A stretch of 59,046 nt of DNA, filler included. It is 8 parts of 8 records of this genome, joined end to end, with 100 filler letters (N's around TTAATTAATTAA, not from the genome) between each part and the next. Parts side by side here need not be neighbours in the genome. Positions count along the whole stretch, not along the records: positions 47,484 to 53,622 come from SRR31156797_125749; positions 53,723 to 59,046 come from SRR31156797_125984; 6 more parts are not named here. One strand, given 5' to 3'. Both the position numbers and the translations under genes were made by a program. Under the pieces are notes generated by a model. The model saw only the letters and a list, made by a program, of their open reading frames with translations. It was not told the origin of the DNA and made no database searches. The number at the start of each line of letters is the position of its first letter. Position 1 is the first letter of the stretch. Positions 53,100 to 59,046 of this stretch are shown here, piece by piece.

Positions 53100-53528
53100 T
53101 CAGATCTCAAGGGTTTCAGGTTGCTGTGCCTCATGAGGATGCTCAGGTCCAGCATATACCTTTAATTTCTTAAACTGTGCCCGACCAAGCTTGTTTTTTG
53201 GCAACATGCCTTTAACAGCTATTCGAATAAGTTCTTCTGGCTTTTTCTCAAGAAGTTCTTTAGCTGTTTGAGACTTTATTCCACCAACATATCCGGTATG
53301 ACGGTAGTATTGTTTGTCATCCCATTTTGCACCGGTCAGATGCACCTTATCAGCGTTGACAACAATGATAAAGTCGCCGTTATCCTGAAAATTGCAAAAA
53401 GTGGGCTTGTGCTTTCCGCGTAAACGGCTGGCAATCTCGGTGGCGATACGTCCTAGAACTTTTCCGTCAGCATCAACAACATTCCATTGACGGGAAATTT
53501 CGTTAACCGGCGTATAATATGTTTTCAT
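53100..53528 (-). CDS. rplM: 50S ribosomal protein L13
   Basis: 'LGRIA..LRGKHKP', '[10 protein letters not shown]', 'HPHEAQQP'. Confidence 0.98.
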   Translation of the reverse strand: MKTYYTPVNEISRQWNVVDADGKVLGRIATEIASRLRGKHKPTFCNFQDNGDFIIVVNADKVHLTGAKWDDKQYYRHTGYVGGIKSQTAKELLEKKPEELIRIAVKGMLPKNKLGRAQFKKLKVYAGPEHPHEAQQPETLEI

Positions 53529-53594
53529 TAATGGCGCCTCGTTATCCTTAACAAAAAAAGGTTCGAACGTGGTCCGAACCTTAAAAAAAAATAT

Positions 53595-53622
53595 TGGAGC
53601 GGGAAACGAGATTCGAACTCGC
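53595..53622 (-). tRNA. tRNA 3' fragment, probably tRNA-Gly
   Basis: Minus strand GCGAGTTCGAATCTCGTTTCCCGCTCCA: T-arm, acceptor strand and CCA as in bacterial tRNA-Gly; anticodon is outside the contig. Confidence 0.75.
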
Positions 53623-53722
53623 NNNNNNNNNNNNNNNNNNNNNNNNNNNNNNNNNNNNNNNNNNNNTTAATTAATTAANNNNNNNNNNNNNNNNNNNNNN
53701 NNNNNNNNNNNNNNNNNNNNNN

Positions 53723-54841
53723 AAGGGCCCCGTCAACGAAGCGACCCTGGTGACCAACTGGACTCAGTATACCAAGATCTTCGGTGGCATGCATAAGAAC
53801 GGCTGGATGGGACATTCGGTTTTTCAGTTCTTTCAGAACGGAGGAACCAAGTGTTACATCAACAATCTTATGGAGTCGCCCGCCGAAGCCAAGGCCGCCG
53901 CGCCCAAAGAGGCCGAGAAGGATGCTAAAGACGGCAAGGCCAAGGCTGAAGCCAAGAGCGGAGAACCCAGCATTAAGAATCCCGACGGGCTGACAAAACT
54001 AATTATCGGAAAGGATGACGGACCGGGAAAGCGAAGCGGCTTGTGCGCTTTTGATGAAATTGGAGATATCTCCATCGTCTGCGCTCCCGGCGTGACCGAG
54101 CCCGCCGCTCAGGATGCCATTCTTACCCATTGCGAGCGGAACCGTTTCAGAGTCGCCGTACTGGATGCTCCGGAAACCCTTGAGAAGGGAATCGATACCA
54201 TGCCCATGCCCAGGGATTCGACTATGGGCGCCTACTACTTCCCCTGGGTGAAAATGTATGACGCCGACAATGACATGGACGTGTTCGTGCCCCCCTGTGG
54301 CGGAGTCGCCGGTGTCTACGGCCGGGTAGACAGCACCAGAGGCGTGTACAAGGCGCCTGCCAATGAAATCTTCAGGGGTGCCACTGGATTGAAGTACAAC
54401 CTGACCGATGCGGAGCAGGAGCTTCTCAACCCCAAGGGTATCAACTGTATCCGTGAGTTTGAGGGCCGGGGCATCCGCGTATGGGGTGCCAGGACCTTCA
54501 GTTCCGATGCAGAGTGGAAGTACATCAATGTAAGACGTCTGTTTTGCATGGTGGAAAAGGCCATTCAGGACGGAACCAACTGGGTCGTTTTCGAACCCAA
54601 TACTAGAGCCCTGTGGAAGCAGATCGTGCGTAACCTTACGGCCTTCTGTCTCCGGCTGTGGAAAGAGGGCGCACTTTTCGGGGATTCGCCTGAAGAGGCT
54701 TTTTTCGTCAGATGTGACGATGAGCTGAATCCCCCTGAATCCATTGATGCAGGATATGTCGTTTGTGAAGTGGGTATAGCACCGGCCAAACCGGCCGAAT
54801 TCGTTGTATTCCGCGTTTCACAGAAGACATTAACTGAATAG
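53723..54841 (+). CDS. Contractile tail sheath protein, 5'-truncated
   Basis: 'KGP.NEATLVTNW', 'FFQNGG', 'AYYFPW', 'RGVYKAPANE', 'LNPKGINCIR', 'WGART', 'YINVRRL', 'VVFEPN', 'PAKPAEFVVFR'. Confidence 0.95.
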   Translation, partial: KGPVNEATLVTNWTQYTKIFGGMHKNGWMGHSVFQFFQNGGTKCYINNLMESPAEAKAAAPKEAEKDAKDGKAKAEAKSGEPSIKNPDGLTKLIIGKDDGPGKRSGLCAFDEIGDISIVCAPGVTEPAAQDAILTHCERNRFRVAVLDAPETLEKGIDTMPMPRDSTMGAYYFPWVKMYDADNDMDVFVPPCGGVAGVYGRVDSTRGVYKAPANEIFRGATGLKYNLTDAEQELLNPKGINCIREFEGRGIRVWGARTFSSDAEWKYINVRRLFCMVEKAIQDGTNWVVFEPNTRALWKQIVRNLTAFCLRLWKEGALFGDSPEEAFFVRCDDELNPPESIDAGYVVCEVGIAPAKPAEFVVFRVSQKTLTE

Positions 54842-54866
54842 ATCTTTTTTTAAGGAGAAGAGAGTT

Positions 54867-55295
54867 ATGGCAGATTACTTACCTCAGATGAAGACGAACT
54901 TCAAGGTCGAGATCGACGGTGTGGACTATGGAAACTTCACATCCGTATCCGGCCTGGGAGCTAGTGCTGAAATCACCGACGATATCGGCGGTGTGGACAG
55001 AAACGCACGGAAGATCCCCGGCAAGGTGAAATACGACGTAGTGACCCTTGCCCGGAACTGCGATCCCAAGGACACGGTTCTTAGAGACTGGTGGAAGACG
55101 GTTGAGCGGGGCATTCCCGAGAGAAAAGCCGTTTCCGTCGTAATGGTGGACAGAGACGGAAAGCAGGAAATCGCAAGACGGAACCTTTTCGAGTGCGTTC
55201 CCTGCGGCTGGAATATGTCCGATCTCAACAGTATGGAAGCCGGTTCCATTAGCGAAAGCATCTCTATTGTTTACGAGGACGGAGATTGGGCGTAA
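54867..55295 (+). CDS. Tail tube protein (T4 gp19-like)
   Basis: 'NFKVEIDG...FTSVSGL...KIPGKVKY..VTL.R...WW...RK.VSV'; AAGGAG RBS; directly follows the sheath. Confidence 0.9.
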   Translation: MADYLPQMKTNFKVEIDGVDYGNFTSVSGLGASAEITDDIGGVDRNARKIPGKVKYDVVTLARNCDPKDTVLRDWWKTVERGIPERKAVSVVMVDRDGKQEIARRNLFECVPCGWNMSDLNSMEAGSISESISIVYEDGDWA

Positions 55296-55304
55296 TCGCC
55301 GTTT

Positions 55305-55332
55305 CCGGGTTCCCCCTTTCAGGGGGGCCCGG
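55305..55332 (+). terminator. GC-rich hairpin after the tube gene (no U-tract)
   Basis: CCGGGTTCCCCCT-TTC-AGGGGGGCCCGG. Confidence 0.5.
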
Positions 55333-55365
55333 ATGGGGTGAAAACTGATTCTGCGGTGATAAAAA

Positions 55366-56694
55366 ATGAAATATAAAAAAACATATGCGTATTTGACTCT
55401 CTGGCTTTTGATCGGGACTCCCCTGTTCTCATTCGGAATCTTTGACAAAGGAGACGATGAGGCCCCTGAGCCCGAAGCGCAGCCGACGGCTCAGGATATT
55501 TATGACGGAATGGATGAGTCTCTTCCGGGCATCGGCTTCTTTACTCCCGAATTGCAGGGGAATGTGGCCGAAGAAGAGGGTGCCTATGTTTACGAAAGCC
55601 TTTGCAAGGCCTTTGTCGCCGCAGGGGAATTTAAACCTTACAGTCTTAATGAGTGGTATGCCGATGAGTTTGGCAGCCGCAGAGCAAGAGATATTCTGGA
55701 AGTTCGCTATGAAATAAACAAGCAGGACTTTCCCCTGAAATACTTCGGAACCATCAATATTTGCCGTTTGGCGGATAAGTATCTTGTCCAGTTGGGTGTA
55801 TACACGCCCCGAAAGACGGAAGATCTTATCTATATATACAGGGTGCTGGATGATCTTCAGTCCGATTGGGACTATATGCTTCCCGATATTCTTAATGAAC
55901 TTGATTTCCGTTTAAAGAACGAAGAGACGGCATTGACCGCCGGAATTCTGTTTGTGGAACCATTTACGATCCGCTATTACCAGTATTACGAATTAAACGG
56001 AGGGGAATACTCTTTTACAGAGCTGCCTTTCCTGAGCATAGATGGCGAGGATTTTCACTCGGGAGACGACATGTTCTCCCGATGGCTCGGTTTGAGGCTG
56101 CATCTTTCGGGTATTTTCCCGGTGGTTATACATGACCTTAAATCCAGGGTCAGGGAAGGTGAGGCAATCCGATACGGTTGTACCCGTGGACTCCGCGGCG
56201 AGGTCAGGATTTCCGAAGTCATGTCGGTCCTCCGACTTCAGGTTTACGACTACAAAAGAAGAGAGATCATCTCTGTTTTCGATCTTCCTTTTCACGGACT
56301 GACAGCCGGATCTATCGCTTCTGTGATTGACGAATCCCTCCCCTTTATTCTGGATTCCGTCCTATCGGAAGACGCGCAGCGCCGGGTGACCGTGGTGGAG
56401 CCGCAGTTTGAAATCCCCGGTGAAAGAATCTACACCGAACACGGCTATCAGGGGCCGTTCGGTGTGGTCAACGCCTTCCCCGCATCGGTAGGATTGAATA
56501 AGTACCTGATCGTTAAGGACGAAAAGACAGAAACGAAAAAGAAAGATGAGAGCGGACAGCGGATCGTGGAACGTACCCTCTTTATTCCCGAATTGAGCTC
56601 ATTTAATAACGCCGTGCTTGTCGGCCCTGACGGGACCGCCGTAGATACATACTCGGAGAAGGATATCCTTTATGCAGAAAAGCTTTTTGAATAG
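55366..56694 (+). CDS. Hypothetical exported protein, 442 aa
   Basis: Signal-peptide-like 'MKYKKTYAYLTLWLLIGTPLFS'; two alpha/beta segments. Confidence 0.75.
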   Translation: MKYKKTYAYLTLWLLIGTPLFSFGIFDKGDDEAPEPEAQPTAQDIYDGMDESLPGIGFFTPELQGNVAEEEGAYVYESLCKAFVAAGEFKPYSLNEWYADEFGSRRARDILEVRYEINKQDFPLKYFGTINICRLADKYLVQLGVYTPRKTEDLIYIYRVLDDLQSDWDYMLPDILNELDFRLKNEETALTAGILFVEPFTIRYYQYYELNGGEYSFTELPFLSIDGEDFHSGDDMFSRWLGLRLHLSGIFPVVIHDLKSRVREGEAIRYGCTRGLRGEVRISEVMSVLRLQVYDYKRREIISVFDLPFHGLTAGSIASVIDESLPFILDSVLSEDAQRRVTVVEPQFEIPGERIYTEHGYQGPFGVVNAFPASVGLNKYLIVKDEKTETKKKDESGQRIVERTLFIPELSSFNNAVLVGPDGTAVDTYSEKDILYAEKLFE

Positions 56695-57184
56695 ATACAT
56701 ACTTGCGGGATCGGTTCTTCTTGTCTTCTTTTTTTCCTGCAAGACGGCCCCGCCCGTTCCCGAGGCCCCAGACCCGCTTGTTCTGGAGGCTATGTATCCG
56801 CCTCCGCCGGTGGAAGTGGTGGTGGAAGAGGTCGTAGAGGAAGCTCTGCCAGTTATCCCGCTCTACCTTCAGGGTCGGGTCATGGAAGTGGAGGTCGTGC
56901 AGGGGGTTCAATCCTTTCTCTTTCTCAAATTCAATGAAGAACTGGTGATAGGGGAGATTCCCGAGCTGGATCGGGACGTTACGGAAGCAGAGCTTCTTGA
57001 TCTTCCCGAAAGTTACGGAATCGATGTGAATATGAAGGGGGAAATCTATTCGGATACCCAGTTTGAAGAGAAGGCCGGGGACTTTGTCGTTATCGAGCAG
57101 TATGGCGAGATCTTCAAAGCCAGAATCGAGACTCTGAACTATATCATCGACCGGTCATCATTGGTGCAGGTACAGATTCGCTGA
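56672..57184 (+). CDS. Putative lipoprotein, 170 aa
   Basis: 'LLVFFFS-C23-KT' lipobox-like site, Pro/Glu-rich tether, beta-rich C-domain; GGAG RBS. Confidence 0.75.
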   Translation: MQKSFLNRYILAGSVLLVFFFSCKTAPPVPEAPDPLVLEAMYPPPPVEVVVEEVVEEALPVIPLYLQGRVMEVEVVQGVQSFLFLKFNEELVIGEIPELDRDVTEAELLDLPESYGIDVNMKGEIYSDTQFEEKAGDFVVIEQYGEIFKARIETLNYIIDRSSLVQVQIR

Positions 57185-57197
57185 CAGGGGGTGTTTT

Positions 57198-57599
57198 ATG
57201 TCGCATATAACGAAGGTTGAGACTCAGCTTCAGGATATGGCTCTTTTGCAGAAAGCCCTGAACTCATTGGGCTATGAATACCGAATGGCCGAAGAGGGGC
57301 AGTCCCTGGAGGTGAAGGGCTGGAACTGTGAGTCCATCGATGCTGAGATGGAGATCCTCCTGGAAGGGCCCTACGGAATTGCGGTTAACAGAACCGGGAA
57401 CGGTCTGGAATTGTCTTCTGACTGGTGGGGTGTCGAAACCTATACGGAAAGGAAACAGGACGAACTTCTCGGAGAAATTCAGAAGCAGTATGCCTATGAA
57501 ACGGTCATGGATAAGGTCCAGTCGAGCGGATATTCGATTGTAACAGAAGAGCAGGACAGCAGGGAGAACCTTCACATTGTCGTACGTCGCTGGGTGTAA
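57198..57599 (+). CDS. DUF1257 (Ycf35-like) protein
   Basis: 'MSHITKVETQL...L.KAL..LG', 'DWWG', 'Q.QYAY', 'GYSI.TEE', 'IVVRRW'. Confidence 0.8.
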   Translation: MSHITKVETQLQDMALLQKALNSLGYEYRMAEEGQSLEVKGWNCESIDAEMEILLEGPYGIAVNRTGNGLELSSDWWGVETYTERKQDELLGEIQKQYAYETVMDKVQSSGYSIVTEEQDSRENLHIVVRRWV

Positions 57600-58386
57600 G
57601 AGCCTGTCCCTGTCCCCATCCGATCTGGTCGGTCTGGATCTGGAAAAGGCTCTGTGCCTGATACGGGATTCCGGCGGAAGGCTTAACAAGTACTACTACC
57701 GCTCTTCAGGAAAGGCCCGTTTTACGGTGCTGGATGTACGCGTGCGAAAGGATCGGGAGGGCCTGGATGAATATACCCTTTTTCTGGCCGGGAAGAATCC
57801 CGTCGATTATCTGCCTGCCATCTATCAGGAAAATCCTTTCCTGGAGGAGTTCCTGTGGATCTTCCAGCATATGCAGTACGAGCAGATAAGGACGTTGGAT
57901 TCTTTGCACAGATTCTTTATTCCCGAAGAAGCGCCGGCCCCTTTTTTGAACTGGATGGCAAGCTGGTTCGGAATGGATGCCGAAAAATGCGGCTTTGATG
58001 AAAAAACCATACGGGCGCTTCTTCAGAAGGGACTCAGTTTGTTTCAGTGGAGGGGAACGGCAAAGGGATTGGCTGTGTATCTTGAGATTACCACCGGGAT
58101 GAAGCCTCAGATTCTGGAAAATTCCTTTCCCCAGAGCGATTTCGTCCTTCTGGGAGAGAAGAAGGTCAATGAGATTATCCGGAATCATATGGACAGAAGG
58201 GTGCCGTTTTTTACGGTTCATTTTCCTGTGGATATAGACAGTTTCAATCAGGCCGAGAAAAGCCGGATCGCTACCATTGTGGAACAGGAGAAACCGGCCC
58301 ATTCCATGTACTACATCAGTTTTGATAGGCCTGAGATCATGAGACAGAAGGGAATACTTATTTCGGATGAGCAGATTCTATTATAA
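57577..58386 (+). CDS. Phage tail/baseplate wedge protein (P2 gpI-like) with N-terminal extension; start uncertain
   Basis: 'YLPAIYQ..FL..FL..F', 'F.PEEAP..FLNWMASW', 'WRGTAKGL', 'EQEKPAH'; TTG start with GGGAG upstream. Confidence 0.8.
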   Translation: MSYVAGCKSLSLSPSDLVGLDLEKALCLIRDSGGRLNKYYYRSSGKARFTVLDVRVRKDREGLDEYTLFLAGKNPVDYLPAIYQENPFLEEFLWIFQHMQYEQIRTLDSLHRFFIPEEAPAPFLNWMASWFGMDAEKCGFDEKTIRALLQKGLSLFQWRGTAKGLAVYLEITTGMKPQILENSFPQSDFVLLGEKKVNEIIRNHMDRRVPFFTVHFPVDIDSFNQAEKSRIATIVEQEKPAHSMYYISFDRPEIMRQKGILISDEQILL

Positions 58387-58400
58387 GGCAGAGGGGTAAA

Positions 58401-59046
58401 ATGAAAAGCAGCAAGATCATCGGTGAGATCGATCAGTTCAAAAGGGCTAACTTTTTTAACGGATTGATGGCTTCTCCCCGGTTCTGGAATAATATTCAGG
58501 ACTATCATTTCAATAAGGAAGCTTTTTACAATACCGTTTTTCACGGAAGCGGCGTCGTGCCGGGGGTTCTGGAAAACTTCGCTGTGCAAAGGTTGAAAGG
58601 ATCGGGAGGAGTGGCCGCTTTGATCGTTCATCCCGGCGCGGCCATCGATACCCTGGGAAGATCCATCTTCCTTTACGAACCTCAGGCCCTGACTCTGGAT
58701 ATCAGAAAGTACAAGCTTCCCGCGACGGTCTATATCACCGTCCGTTTCCATGAGGTTATGGAAGATTTTTTTCAGAATGATGAAAATCCAGATTACCAGG
58801 GATATATGAGCAAGGTGGAGACGGCCAAACTGGAGATCGTAAACACCCTGGATTCCGTTGGAGGAGCCATTGAGCTGGCCCGAGTCGCCCTTCGGGAGGG
58901 GGAAGACGGTGAGATCATCTCCGTCGGAGACGCTGAGGATTTTGCCAATCCCGGACCCAATACTCTGGATTTTCGTTTCGTTCCCTGGGCGAGGGTTCAT
59001 AAACGGGGACTTTCCCCCTATCTCAAGGAATTTCTGATCAATATTC
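58401..59046 (+). CDS. Contractile-system baseplate/fibre-attachment-type protein, 3'-truncated (absent from ORF track)
   Basis: ATG 58401 after GAGGGG, open to window end: MKSSKIIGEIDQFKRANFFNGL...QDYH...GSGVVPG...VHPGAAIDTLGRSIFL. Confidence 0.75.
   Translation, partial: MKSSKIIGEIDQFKRANFFNGLMASPRFWNNIQDYHFNKEAFYNTVFHGSGVVPGVLENFAVQRLKGSGGVAALIVHPGAAIDTLGRSIFLYEPQALTLDIRKYKLPATVYITVRFHEVMEDFFQNDENPDYQGYMSKVETAKLEIVNTLDSVGGAIELARVALREGEDGEIISVGDAEDFANPGPNTLDFRFVPWARVHKRGLSPYLKEFLINI

Noticed and set aside
58311-59000. 229-aa minus-strand ORF
   Set aside because: Antisense to the plus-strand CIS gene starting at 58401, which has an RBS, motifs and operon orientation
53723-59046. Canonical T6SS or intact prophage
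   Set aside because: Single-chain sheath and gp19-type tube rather than TssB/C and Hcp; no head, packaging or lysis genes visible. A prophage cannot be fully excluded from 5.3 kb

Overview
This window is not one locus. It is eight unrelated assembly contigs joined by artificial N44-TTAATTAATTAA-N44 linkers, so gene neighbourhoods are valid only within a contig. Taxonomic guesses below are inferred from protein style and base composition. (1) 1-14890, high-GC alphaproteobacterium: AsmA-family gene, fumC region, and a GntR-regulated allantoin/hydantoin racemase plus branched-chain-type ABC importer. (2) 14991-21008, FCB-group-like: two secreted GH13 enzymes, a GltS-family symporter and DUF1295. 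(3) 21109-27111, Clostridia-like: cbiA-cbiB-cobD-cobQ, msrAB and several REP-type repeats. (4) 27212-32409, probable defence island: OLD/TOPRIM nuclease end, UvrD helicase, HEPN-like protein, an unknown protein and a DUF6035/CoiA-like nuclease. (5) 32510-41731, Bacteroidota: a >3000 aa T9SS cargo protein with nested, duplicated domains. (6) 41832-47383, spirochaete: tRNA-Trp, secE, nusG, rplKAJL, rpoB. (7) 47484-53622, Desulfobacterota-like: tRNA-Gly, rplM, rpsI, argC, truA, maf and a PEP-CTERM-type sugar transferase. (8) 53723-59046: a contractile injection system (sheath, tube, baseplate-type genes) interleaved with a secreted protein, a lipoprotein and a DUF1257 protein. The best candidates for an undescribed system are the possibly envelope-anchored contractile system (contig 8) and the Gabija-like plus HEPN cassette (contig 4). 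All assignments come from motif recognition by eye; no searches were run.
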